DNA of 64,000 nucleotides from a virus (Duplodnaviria > Caudoviricetes). The notes beneath the pieces are model-generated. The model was not told where the DNA came from. It searched no databases and worked only from the letters and a program-made list of their open reading frames with translations. The stretch spans positions 23,961 through 87,960 of the IMG/VR virus record IMGVR_UViG_3300021387_001147; one strand, 5' to 3'. Positions 38,156-48,785 of the stretch are shown piece after piece. Within the stretch, counting starts at the first letter, position 1; every line of letters begins with the position of its first letter. Position numbers and translations under genes: made by a program.

Positions 38156-38824
38156 ATGGCTAAGGACACTAATGGCGACAAGATTGTTACAAAAGACAAA
38201 GCTGCTATCACTAAAGGCGTTGAAATTGAGGATTCTGCTCTCAAGAAAGCTGCCAAACTGTTTTTCGCTGAGGACATTGATCATGTAACAGATTCGATTG
38301 TTGATGAGTTTATTAAGCCTCGTACAAAATCATTTGGACTTGATCTCGTGAAGAAGTTTAAGGAGTTCATGTTCAATTCGCTATCTGATCTGGCTCGTCA
38401 ACTTATATTTGGAAATGGGCCTAGTAAGAGATCAGATTCGTATTATAGCGATGGATACACTTCATATACAAAGTATCATTACGGTGAAGACTACTATGGC
38501 AATGGATCCAGCTACTACTATAAATCAAATAGTAGCGTATCAAAGCCTGATGACAGACCTCGTGATCAGTTGAAAAGAATTGCAATAGAGTCGCTCGGTA
38601 AAGCTCAGGAGGTTCTTGATGACTTAAGAACTGAAATCGCCACTACTGAAAAGCATCAGGTGAGCATTGCCACATATTATCAGCTTGTAAGGACCAGTGT
38701 TAACAAGATAGACTTCGAGTATGGATGGAAGAGAGGAATGCTCGATGGAAACATTCCAATCAGATATGTTGGAAAAGACGGATACTTGATCTGTTTCCCT
38801 AAGCCGGTACCACTGGATTCTTAA
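38156..38824 (+). CDS. Conserved phage protein
   Basis: KAQEVLDDL...SIATYYQL...EYGW...LICFPKPVPL. Confidence 0.65.
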   Translation: MAKDTNGDKIVTKDKAAITKGVEIEDSALKKAAKLFFAEDIDHVTDSIVDEFIKPRTKSFGLDLVKKFKEFMFNSLSDLARQLIFGNGPSKRSDSYYSDGYTSYTKYHYGEDYYGNGSSYYYKSNSSVSKPDDRPRDQLKRIAIESLGKAQEVLDDLRTEIATTEKHQVSIATYYQLVRTSVNKIDFEYGWKRGMLDGNIPIRYVGKDGYLICFPKPVPLDS

Positions 38825-39059
38825 TTATATTTCAAGTCAGCTTCGAAGGGGGATGAGGGATTGTTCTTTGTTATAGCAATAGTTTTGTGTCTGTTTTCAT
38901 TGATTGATTTCGCAGTTGGTAATCATGAGGCTGCCTGGAAGTTAGTTGTTCTGGGCAGTCTTTCTCTTAATCTTTACTATTTAACTTATATTTTCTTGAG
39001 GGTAAGGGAGATCGAGAAATTCATAGAGTTTATGAAGAAAAAATCCGAGGGGTCAAATT

Positions 39060-39263
39060 TTGAGCAACTTTAATTATCCATTTAATCCAAATGGTCCATG
39101 CAGAGAGTGCCACGACAGGCATCCAGCTTGCCATGACAAATGTGAAAGTTATATTTCATACAAGAAAGAATACGATAAGAAGCAAAAGAGAATTAGAGCT
39201 GACAAGTATCTTCATAGCTTGTCGTTTCCAATGAGCACGCATCCAAAACGGAGAGAACTATGA
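39060..39263 (+). CDS. Cys/His-rich small protein
   Basis: PCRECHDRHPACHDKC. Confidence 0.6.
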   Translation: MSNFNYPFNPNGPCRECHDRHPACHDKCESYISYKKEYDKKQKRIRADKYLHSLSFPMSTHPKRREL

Positions 39264-39417
39264 GTATATTTTTCAAGAGGGGAAAACGAAAACCAATCAA
39301 GTATCCATGCAGAAAATGCGTTTACTACTGTGCATGCGGAGATGGAGGGAGAACCAAAGCATGCGAAGATCGTAAAACTAAAGCAGAACTTCGTGAGGAA
39401 GAAAGGAGAAAAATTAA

Positions 39418-39954
39418 ATGAAGAAACAGATTGAAATTAACTTTGACAGTGGCATTGTAGTTGGAGGAGTGAGTCTTTTAGTTTCTGCTGTGTCTATTAT
39501 ATTTGCCGGTAAAGCTTCATCGAAACTTAATCGGTTCAGTAAGAAGATCGGGATGTCTCTTGAAGATCTGTCAAATAAGACATCGGTTGAGATCACTGAG
39601 GAAATGGTGAACCGGTGTACTGAAACAGCTGTACAGAAGGCTGCGGACAAAGCTGCTAATTCTGTAATTGCTACGATTAGATCCGATGCTGATGCTGTAA
39701 TTAGTAGCAAAGTACAGGATGCTATTCAGAACCAGTACGATAATGTGAAGGACGATGTTACAAGAGAGCTCAGAAAGCAGGTATCCAGGATCAATGTCTC
39801 AAGCCTCAAGGCTGAAATCAAGGACAGCGTGAAGAGAGAAGTTACGGATAGACTTCACAACGAGATGAATGATATTTTGGATAGCTATAACTCGCAGCTT
39901 ACTGACATCGGTAAGATCTATTCGTCTATTGCTGATAGTATGAGTAAGAAGTAA
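39418..39954 (+). CDS. TM + coiled-coil protein
   Basis: RBS aaaggag. Confidence 0.7.
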   Translation: MKKQIEINFDSGIVVGGVSLLVSAVSIIFAGKASSKLNRFSKKIGMSLEDLSNKTSVEITEEMVNRCTETAVQKAADKAANSVIATIRSDADAVISSKVQDAIQNQYDNVKDDVTRELRKQVSRINVSSLKAEIKDSVKREVTDRLHNEMNDILDSYNSQLTDIGKIYSSIADSMSKK

Positions 39955-40432
39955 GGAGGGACACGGCATGAGTGAATTACTTAAAGATGTGGTGAATAAA
40001 GTCTATAACGGAGACGGAGATGCTGTAATGATTGCCAACTCAATTCTTAGTAACACAAAGACTTTATCAGGAGGATTCTCACTGTCAGATTGCATTGATT
40101 ATGACTTTAAAGAAGCCGGTAAAGGTTTCAAAGAGTGGAGAGACAAGCTGATGGCAGAAGCTTAATTATATTTCAGAGGGGAGAAAGGGGCTTTATTATG
40201 AGCGATGTGAATTGGGCAAAACTGATTTCAAAGCCGGATATGGTTAAAAGCATGCCTGATGTTGACTTGATCTTTTATCATGGAGTGGTTGGGCATTCGT
40301 ACTTCAATAACGATGAAATGCTGCCTGGAGGGTACAGATCGGCTGTTCAAAAGTTATATTTTGCAATCAATGAAGAACTTATGAATAGACTTTGTTGTCA
40401 TAAGAGCATAAAGAGAGAGGAGGCGGATACTG

Positions 40433-40897
40433 TTGACTGAAATTGATTTCTACGAACTGATTAAAGATTTTGATGGCTTCATGCGGGATAGAGGCTATGT
40501 ACGCAGCAAAGAATGGGCACAGGTAAAGAATGTAAGTCTCAGTAGACCTAACGCTATGATTAATGAGGGAAAAATCAGCGGGCTAAACTACTTCAAAGTT
40601 GGTCATGTTCATTATATTTCACTCGAGAGGGACGGGTATAAGAAATATGGTGAAGAATTCAAGGCAATGCTTGAGGACTTTGAAGGCTATATGAGGGATC
40701 ATGGCTATGTCAGAACATCCGAATACGCTGAAGAGAATTTTCAGAGTGTTGTTACCGTTAGGAACTGGTATCAGAGAGGTATACTTATATTTCCAGATGT
40801 TGTTAAGATCGGAGAGGTCTATTACATGAGGAAAGATGTAGACATAGTTTCAAAGTTTAAGCCGAGGGGACCTAAAAGAGGAAGGAGAGTGAAGTAG
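40433..40897 (+). CDS. Protein with two tandem HTH-like repeats
   Basis: DFDGFMRDRGYVRSKEWA / DFEGYMRDHGYVRTSEYA. Confidence 0.65.
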   Translation: MTEIDFYELIKDFDGFMRDRGYVRSKEWAQVKNVSLSRPNAMINEGKISGLNYFKVGHVHYISLERDGYKKYGEEFKAMLEDFEGYMRDHGYVRTSEYAEENFQSVVTVRNWYQRGILIFPDVVKIGEVYYMRKDVDIVSKFKPRGPKRGRRVK

Positions 40898-41420
40898 TAT
40901 GCCGCCAAAAGAAGTCACAAACATAATTAACGGAACATTATATTTCGAAGATGAAAACGGCGAACTTAAGCCTATTTGTATGGCTTCTGAAGTTTTGGGC
41001 GATGATTTGTTTCAGTTTGCTAATAATGTACTGTCTACTGATCAAAATTGCGAAGATTTAGTTTCTGGTCTGTTTAGAATGCTGCCTGAGTATCATTTTA
41101 GTTTTGATTTAGATAGATTTACTTATAAGATGCTCGTCAGATCACATTCAAATAACTATAGAAGGCTTCATGGTTTGAGACCTGTCAGATATAAAGTTCA
41201 AAGACATAAGCCAGAAAATAGTTTGTTTGCAGTAAAGCGTATGAGAGGAGGATTTAAGTTTAAATGACCTGTGAAGAAGCGTATACCTATTTAATGCATT
41301 TTTCATGGAAAATCGGAACCACAGCAATGGAAGAAATGAATCAGAAAGATGGCGACAGATTTAGAGAAGCAGTGCAGACATTATATTTAAATGCTGCTTG
41401 CTCAGCGTTGGAGGACGAAT

Positions 41421-41993
41421 ATGAATTACCACGATATTTCTCACGATAACATGCAAAACGGGGAAGGTCTTCGTACAGTTCTCTGGGTTGCTGGATGTAG
41501 TCATCATTGTAAAGGCTGTCAGAATCCTTCGACCTGGAATCCAGAAGGCGGTGTTCCTTTTGATGAAGATGCCTGGAACGAACTTTTCGATGCACTGGAT
41601 AAGGATTACTGTTCTGGGCTAACTTTATCTGGTGGGGATCCATTATCTATGTGGTGCTGTGAAGAGTCAGCTAGAATCGTTGGAGAGTTTCGGAGAAGGT
41701 ATGGATTCGGAAAGAAAACGATCTGGGTATATACAGGGTTTACGATGGATGATCTAAGAGGACTTAAGCTTCATCCTGCCGTAGATTATATTCTCGAAAA
41801 TGTAGATGTAATAGTCGATGGTCCATATATCGAGGAGCAGCGTAATATTCATAGACTCTGGTGTGGATCTGAGAATCAGCGTATTTGGAGAAGAATGACT
41901 TCAGGGTGGATTGCTGACGCTCCAGAGTATGAGAAGTCGCTGAATGAATTGAACTTGGATGAGCAGCATGCAAAAGAATGCGGATGTGAGTAA
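41421..41993 (+). CDS. nrdG: Anaerobic ribonucleotide reductase activating protein (radical SAM)
   Basis: NGEGLRTVLWVAGCSHHCKGCQN, GLTLSGGDPL, DVIVDGPY, GSENQR. Confidence 0.92.
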   Translation: MNYHDISHDNMQNGEGLRTVLWVAGCSHHCKGCQNPSTWNPEGGVPFDEDAWNELFDALDKDYCSGLTLSGGDPLSMWCCEESARIVGEFRRRYGFGKKTIWVYTGFTMDDLRGLKLHPAVDYILENVDVIVDGPYIEEQRNIHRLWCGSENQRIWRRMTSGWIADAPEYEKSLNELNLDEQHAKECGCE

Positions 41994-42014
41994 TTATATT
42001 TCATAGGGGGACTA

Positions 42015-42296
42015 ATGGATATGAGTATTAATACTACTAAGCTCACAGGCTCTGTTCCAGTCGCAGTGGCAGCCAAAGTATATGGTAAAGATGCTTGCTG
42101 GGTAAGAGCAGGAATTATTGAGGGATGGCTTCCGATTGGTACTGCAACAAGACGAGGGAAGCAGGTAAAGACTATCAAAGAAATGGACAGCAGGCTCGGT
42201 AGGATTAACTATTATATTTCGCCAGCTAAGTTATACGAGAGCACTGGGTATTTGTATATGTTTAAAGATAATAAGAGAAAGGAGAATCAAATATGA
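42015..42296 (+). CDS. Small DNA-binding-like phage protein
   Basis: VPVAVAAKVYGKD..WVRAGI..GWLPIG...YYISP. Confidence 0.6.
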   Translation: MDMSINTTKLTGSVPVAVAAKVYGKDACWVRAGIIEGWLPIGTATRRGKQVKTIKEMDSRLGRINYYISPAKLYESTGYLYMFKDNKRKENQI

Positions 42297-44121
42297 ATAT
42301 TAATACTGTATATAGATGCCCATACTACGGTAACAGTATAGAATGTCCTAATGAGTGTAATTCTATACAGCATGCAACACTGGCTAACGAATTCTATGCA
42401 ACTGACAAAATCTATGGATACGATCCGTTTTTCTGCGATCGCGATGGAGTTCTGATTGACAATGATAAAAACCCGATATGCAGAATAAATATCGACACAG
42501 ATATTGAGCATAGTCTTCAGAATGCTATTGATTATATTTCAAAATGCAAAGTTAGAGGCGAGAAAGGATAAGGAGGAAGATTAGGTATGGGACCGAAAGA
42601 AAAAGAAACACGGGACATTATTAATGATACAGCAATAGCTCTTCAAGATGGTGCAAATCCTGAGAGATGCATGTTTATTCTTCTATGTGATATAGCAGTG
42701 TCACTTTCTAATATTTGTGATAATGATTTAAAAGAGGAGTGATTATATTTGCATGATGTTGCTCGAAATGAATACGGAGAAGTGATTGGAAGCTGTAAGA
42801 TTTGTAAACATATAAAGAGTGCTGCTAAGCCTGTAACAGGAGATCCTGGAATGTATGAACTTGACTTCGCATGTTCTTTGCCAGATCACGAATGTAGATT
42901 TGAGGAAAAAGTTGATGAAAAAGTTGATGAATCTTGTGACGATTACAAACTATATCGTAGTATAAGTGGAAATGCCAAGGAGCTTCTTAATCTTATCAGT
43001 GATGAACTTTTCGCAATCAATAAAGGAGGAGATAAAGTTAAAGGATTAGCTCTCATTGAAGGATATTTAGAAGGATTTCAGATGCTAATGAATGCTTTAA
43101 GGTATATTGATCCGCCTGCTAATTTTGGTGATAAAGAAGGAGAGTGATCATATTTGAAAGTAGAAAACGCATTAGTAGATTTTTTGATAAAGCATCCAAG
43201 AATCAGAGGCATATCTTTTAAGCCCTGTCTTCTGGACTTTGAAAGAGCTATAATTGTTGATCTTTCTATCGTGGATGCAGAAGGCTTTGAAAGATATGCT
43301 GATCATAAAATCATAACGCATTCAGAACTTTTATCTAACGAAAATTTTCTTATAGATACTTTAGAGACAATGGCTAAAGAGCTTGAAGTTACTTATCCGC
43401 AATTTGAAGGATTCGATGATTAGAGAGGAATGATTATATTTGACGAATGAGGATTTGTACCGATTGTTTCGAAGTACGTATCCAGAAATTAATCCTGTTG
43501 ATTATAGACCTGCAGAATCTATGTTCGTGAAAGGCAGAGTAGGTATAACTATCTGGATTGACAATGGAGATATGTTAATGTATTTTCCAAATCAAGACAC
43601 TCTAAATAGACGAGATGCATCCATAAGTGAGTTATTTGCAAAGATGCTTGCCAGTAATACGATTGTAAGTAATGAAGTAGTTGAAAAATTGCTAAATAAT
43701 GAGGAAGAGGAGTGATTATATTTGATAGATATCTGTATGTCTGGTGTGTGCAAAAACTGTAAGTATGCCGATCTTAAGCTTGAATCGCTGGTTTTCGATT
43801 CGTTCGAAGATCAGAGAACTGATTACATACTAAAATGTAGTCACGAAGAGATCTGCCACTTGTGGGAACGAAAACTAGAATCTGAACGTGCCAAGTTTAA
43901 TAGATAGGGGTGAATACTAATGTTTGAATTAAATCCTATACAACCATTTATAGAAATGGATAGTAAAGCTAAACATGATCAAGAGTTATGGGTTGCAATA
44001 ACAACTGCTATTCATTTATGCGGTCTTAGCGGAGAAGATGTAACTATGATGGGAATCGAGACATTAAAAAGGCTTGGCAGGTATGATTTGCTTCCTCCGT
44101 GTGAAAGGTAGGTGATTATAT

Positions 44122-44760
44122 TTGAAAGTAATAGAGCCTAGCTTTGAGATTCTTACACCTATTTCAGAAGGTGGGATTGAGGAGCTTAAAAGAATTGAAA
44201 GAATCGGGAGGATTTGCTACAAATCAGAAGACAAAATTTCCCCGGATGGAGTTTCTGCTAAAAAGTTTGTAAAGATGCTTATTGATAGAGGACACGAAGC
44301 GATGATTGAACATAGTCAGCTTAGTGTTCTTTTTGTTTGCGATCGAGGAGTATCTCATGAGCTTGTTAGGCATAGGCTTTGTAGTTTTGCTCAGGAGAGT
44401 ACAAGGTATGTCAACTATTCAAGAGAAGATAAGGCTCCTGAAGGCATTATATTTATTAAGCCGTTGTGGTTAGAGGAAGGGTCGAATGAATATAGAGAGT
44501 GGGAGACAGTATGCTCGGATTGTGAGTTTTGGTATCTTCAGGCACTAAAGCATGGACAGACTCCTCAGGAAGCAAGAGCGGTACTTATTAATTCAGTTAA
44601 GACGGAGATTGTGGTGACTGGGAATTATCGTGAGTGGCGCCATTTGCTTAAACTCAGATGCGATCAGGCTGCTCATCCACAAATGAGAGAGATTATGGTA
44701 CCACTACTTTCGGAGCTTAAGCAGAGGATTCCAGTTGTATTTGATGATATTTTTGTATGA
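44122..44760 (+). CDS. thyX: FAD-dependent thymidylate synthase
   Basis: GHEAMIEH, DRGVSHELVRHR..SFAQESTRY, EARAVL, AHPQMR. Confidence 0.95.
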   Translation: MKVIEPSFEILTPISEGGIEELKRIERIGRICYKSEDKISPDGVSAKKFVKMLIDRGHEAMIEHSQLSVLFVCDRGVSHELVRHRLCSFAQESTRYVNYSREDKAPEGIIFIKPLWLEEGSNEYREWETVCSDCEFWYLQALKHGQTPQEARAVLINSVKTEIVVTGNYREWRHLLKLRCDQAAHPQMREIMVPLLSELKQRIPVVFDDIFV

Positions 44761-44770
44761 GGTATCAAAT

Positions 44771-45271
44771 ATGAAAGAACAGACAAACTCATTCGGCAAA
44801 AGATTAGATGAACTCATTGAAAAAAGAGGCATTACACGGCGGGAATTTGCTGCAAAAATTGATATTACAGAAGTTTCATTATCAAGATACATTAGCGGTG
44901 AAAGAGAACCAAAAGCTTCTGTTGTTGCTAAAATTGCATTTTGTTTAAATGTATCAACAGATTATCTGTTAGAAGGGTATATAAAGCCTTTGTATGTCAT
45001 TATTGAAAATCCTTTAATAATTGACGTATATGATACAATTCCGAAAGCATTACGACTGCAAATACAGACTGTCATAAAAGAAATTTCAAAAGGTATTAAA
45101 CCAAGACCAATATTGGATAGAGAATTATTCGGAAAATTGGACGAAGAGCAGAAGAATGTGGTCTATTATATTTTCGGAGTAATAACAGGATCTGATAAAG
45201 ATTATAAAAGCGAAGTAGTTCTTGATCATGTTCTTAATAAAGATGAATCAACGTATGTTGAAATTGTTTGA
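44771..45271 (+). CDS. XRE HTH regulator
   Basis: RGITRREFAAKIDITEVSLSRYISGEREP. Confidence 0.85.
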   Translation: MKEQTNSFGKRLDELIEKRGITRREFAAKIDITEVSLSRYISGEREPKASVVAKIAFCLNVSTDYLLEGYIKPLYVIIENPLIIDVYDTIPKALRLQIQTVIKEISKGIKPRPILDRELFGKLDEEQKNVVYYIFGVITGSDKDYKSEVVLDHVLNKDESTYVEIV

Positions 45272-45622
45272 TGATATTTTTGTATGAAAGGAGTACACAT
45301 GAAAGCTGAAGAATTCATGAGTTATCTTGACCAAGATGAAATAAATAGGGCAACTCGTGATATTGGAGCAGTAATTAAAATTCAGCCTGTTGATAGAATT
45401 TATCGTATCGATGACGAGACAGATTGTATCAGCGTTGACATTACATTTCTTGGCATATGTAAGCATGCTAATGTAATTCTTAGCGATGATTATATAAACA
45501 GATACACGATAAATGATCAGATAAAAAGATTTATATTTTCAATTATGGTAAATATTTTCAGTGATCATTTATGTAATGTGCTTAATATTTCTAGAATGAA
45601 AGAAACGAAGGAGGAGAATTAA

Positions 45623-46165
45623 TTGAGTTTAGAGTATGATAACTATTTAATTAGGCATATTGGGGATGTTCAGGAGGCATTTAGTTGGATTCAGGGAAAT
45701 TTGCCAGAGCTTGTGCCGCTTGAAGTTAATCTTGAACACATTTCAACGCATGATGAATCAAAGAAGACAATTGAAGAGTATGCAGCTTATGACAATTATT
45801 TTTATGGAGATGAGAAGGATGAACTGACTGAGGAACTGTTCGATGCGGCATGGCTTCATCACATTCACAATAATCCGCATCATTGGCAATATTGGGTTCT
45901 TATTAAAGATGATCCTTCGCCTAATCTTAAGAATAATATGACTCCGATTCGTATTCCGTATAAGTATATTTTGGAGATGGTTTGTGATTGGTGGTCATTC
46001 TCATGGGCTAAAGGAGATCTTCGGGAGATTTTCAAGTGGTATGATGACCATAAGGGCACTATGGTGATTCATCCTGATTCAAAGGAAAAGGTTGAGTATA
46101 TTTTAAATAAGATCAAAGAGAAACTGGATGAACTAGATGCGTTGGAGGGAAAAGAGAATGAGTGA
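45623..46165 (+). CDS. DUF5662-like HD-fold protein
   Basis: THDESK, WLHHIHNNPHHWQYW, EMVCDWW. Confidence 0.7.
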   Translation: MSLEYDNYLIRHIGDVQEAFSWIQGNLPELVPLEVNLEHISTHDESKKTIEEYAAYDNYFYGDEKDELTEELFDAAWLHHIHNNPHHWQYWVLIKDDPSPNLKNNMTPIRIPYKYILEMVCDWWSFSWAKGDLREIFKWYDDHKGTMVIHPDSKEKVEYILNKIKEKLDELDALEGKENE

Positions 46166-46369
46166 CAGTTATATTCCTGATAGCATTCAGAATCTTATCG
46201 ATAGGCTTAATAATGTTAATTCTATTACTGGCATTGAGTCAATTATAGATATGTGCCATGAAGCTGCTAACTATATTTCGAATATGGAAGCATATAGGCA
46301 TGAAGTGCTTTGTCATACAGAAGCTATTAAGCAGCAACTTGACAGAATTATCTAATAGGAGGCAAATTA

Positions 46370-47092
46370 GTGAACAAAGTAGCTGTATATACAGGAACAA
46401 GAAACTTATACATTCATATTGTTCCAGCATTAAAGAGTCTATTAGCCAATTCAGATGTCGAGAGAGTGTATCTTCTTATAGAGGATGATGAGTTTCCGTA
46501 TTATATTCCTAAGGGCTTAGTTAAGACGATTAACATGTCGGATCAGAAGTTCTTTGACATGACGGTGAATCCAAATAGCAAAAGCCGTTTTACCTATATG
46601 GCAATGATAAGAACCGCTTTCACAAAGATTTTCCCTGAGCTTGATACTATTCTTTCACTTGATGTAGATACTTTCTGTATCAATGATATTTCTGACATTT
46701 GGAATATTCCTATCGATCAGTATTACTTTTCAGCAGTGAAGGAAAATCCTGAAACTGGAGGATGTGATGGATGGAATGCTGGTGTAATGCTTCAGAATCT
46801 AAAGAAACTTAGAGAAACAGGCATGGATGATATTCTGATCAATAGACTTCGTAATGAGGAGATCAGGTTTTTGGATCAAACAGTTTACAATCAGGAATGC
46901 AAAGACGCGGTGTATGATATGAATCCATCATATAATGTGTGCGAGTATTGTATTCCTACAAATGATCCAAGAATTATTCACTACGCAGGTCATCCCAACT
47001 GGCATAGCTACCCAGAGTATCATAAGTGGATAAATGAATCATGGGAAAAAGTATTAGCTAGACATGAAGAAAGGATAAAAGTGGGTTTATGA
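46370..47092 (+). CDS. Glycosyltransferase family 8
   Basis: LSLDVDT (DxD), NAGVMLQNL, DQTVYN, IIHYAG. Confidence 0.88.
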   Translation: MNKVAVYTGTRNLYIHIVPALKSLLANSDVERVYLLIEDDEFPYYIPKGLVKTINMSDQKFFDMTVNPNSKSRFTYMAMIRTAFTKIFPELDTILSLDVDTFCINDISDIWNIPIDQYYFSAVKENPETGGCDGWNAGVMLQNLKKLRETGMDDILINRLRNEEIRFLDQTVYNQECKDAVYDMNPSYNVCEYCIPTNDPRIIHYAGHPNWHSYPEYHKWINESWEKVLARHEERIKVGL

Positions 47093-47784
47093 ATTATCTG
47101 ATTCATGCATATGAGCCAAGACTATGGTATGTAAATGAGTTTCTGATACCGTCAATGATCGATCAGGGTATTAAAAGAGAAGATATTAACGTGTTTACAG
47201 ATGATGGCTCTTTGGGAAACCTTAAGGCAGCTATGGATAGCTTTAGAAACTTATCGGATTCTGATGGCAGCACATGGCATTTACAGGATGATATTTGCAT
47301 TTGTTCTGATTTTGCTAAAGTAACAAAGAACTATGAAAACGAATATGCTATTGTCTGTGGTTACTGCTACTGCAGAGATACATACTCAATCATAAGAAAA
47401 GGGGGCGAAGTAGGCGCAAAAGACATGTGGCATTCGTTCCCATGCATTATGATACCTAATAAGATTGCCATTGAATGCTCTGAATGGTTTTATAGTGATG
47501 CCATGTATCGACCAGAATTCAAGGAATGGGTAGACGAAAACAAGTACGATGATGCTTTCTTTAAAAAATTCATAGAAGAAAACTATCATAGGTTGGGCGT
47601 TAAAATCATAAATTATATTCCAAACCTGGTTGATCACATTGATTATCTCATAGGAGGATCGACTGTAAACAAAGAACGTGAAAAATGGTATAAGCAGTCA
47701 AGAGCAGCGTGGTTTAGTGATAGGTGTCTTGTAGATAAGCTTGCGGTGAGATTAGAGGAAAGGAAAATGGAGGTAAAACAGTGA
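47089..47784 (+). CDS. GT-A-like glycosyltransferase
   Basis: WHLQDDICIC, PNLVDHI; coupled to GT8. Confidence 0.6.
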   Translation: MNYLIHAYEPRLWYVNEFLIPSMIDQGIKREDINVFTDDGSLGNLKAAMDSFRNLSDSDGSTWHLQDDICICSDFAKVTKNYENEYAIVCGYCYCRDTYSIIRKGGEVGAKDMWHSFPCIMIPNKIAIECSEWFYSDAMYRPEFKEWVDENKYDDAFFKKFIEENYHRLGVKIINYIPNLVDHIDYLIGGSTVNKEREKWYKQSRAAWFSDRCLVDKLAVRLEERKMEVKQ

Positions 47785-48044
47785 AATTCATATCTAAAAA
47801 GAACTTAATCGGGGTTTTGGAGCTCATAGGGTCTGATTATATTTCAGGGGAGACGCTTCAGAAGGTAGTTACGGCTTATGGCGATGACTACTTCAAGGAT
47901 CCTGGAGTAGAGCCATGGGAGAGAACTGGTATCAATGAAGAAATCAAAATCGTGCTCGGGAGTTCGTATGAAGAGCTTCCTGAAAGGCTTAGATAGGTAA
48001 AAATAGTCCAATTTGGGCTGATTTGGAGGTGAAATTAGTACATT

Positions 48045-48683
48045 ATGGGCTATTTTGAGTTATATTTGGACTCTGTTTTGGCTGGAATGGCTATTGGACT
48101 AGGTGGTTGCGGGTATCTTTCGTGTGAAAATAAAGTCGTAGGAGCACTTTTGTTTAGCATAGGACTTCTCACAATTTTGGGGTTTAGATGGAAACTTTTC
48201 ACTGGGATGCTGTGCTCGAAGGCTGAAATTAGCGAACTTTTGGTGTGTTACATCGGAAATTACTCAGGAACAGCCATAATTTCAGTTATATTTTGGTTTT
48301 CAAAGGCTTTTGATCGAGAAAAACTTGCAGATTTTGCGAATTTTGCCTATATGAAGCTTCAAAAGCCACTTTATAGTACGTTTTGTTCTGCTATTTTATG
48401 CGAATTTTGCATTTTTGTAGCTGTAATTGGCTATAAAAAGGTACATTATGTTCTAGGAAAGTACTTTTGCGTAGTGCTAGGAGTGATGGTCTTCGTGATT
48501 TCTGGATTTGAGCACTCGATCGCTGATATGTATTACATGGGTCTTTCTGGTGCTAATGACTTAGCTTTGATCGGCAGAATTATTATATTTTTAGCAGTTG
48601 TAACAGCCGGAAATGTGTTCGGAGCAGTGATTTTGAGGCTATTTTCAGAGAAATTCCCGCAAAAATTACAAAGTTCTAAATGA
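48045..48683 (+). CDS. Formate/nitrite transporter (FNT) family
   Basis: Six TM helices, LFTG, YIGN, FVISGFEHSIADM, AGN. Confidence 0.85.
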   Translation: MGYFELYLDSVLAGMAIGLGGCGYLSCENKVVGALLFSIGLLTILGFRWKLFTGMLCSKAEISELLVCYIGNYSGTAIISVIFWFSKAFDREKLADFANFAYMKLQKPLYSTFCSAILCEFCIFVAVIGYKKVHYVLGKYFCVVLGVMVFVISGFEHSIADMYYMGLSGANDLALIGRIIIFLAVVTAGNVFGAVILRLFSEKFPQKLQSSK

Positions 48684-48785
48684 AACAGGTAACCCTGTGG
48701 CAGAAATGTCATGGGGTTATCGTTTTCTGCTCGAATATTATGAGAGCTGGTGAACAAAGTGAACTAATGAGAAAGGAGAAAAATT

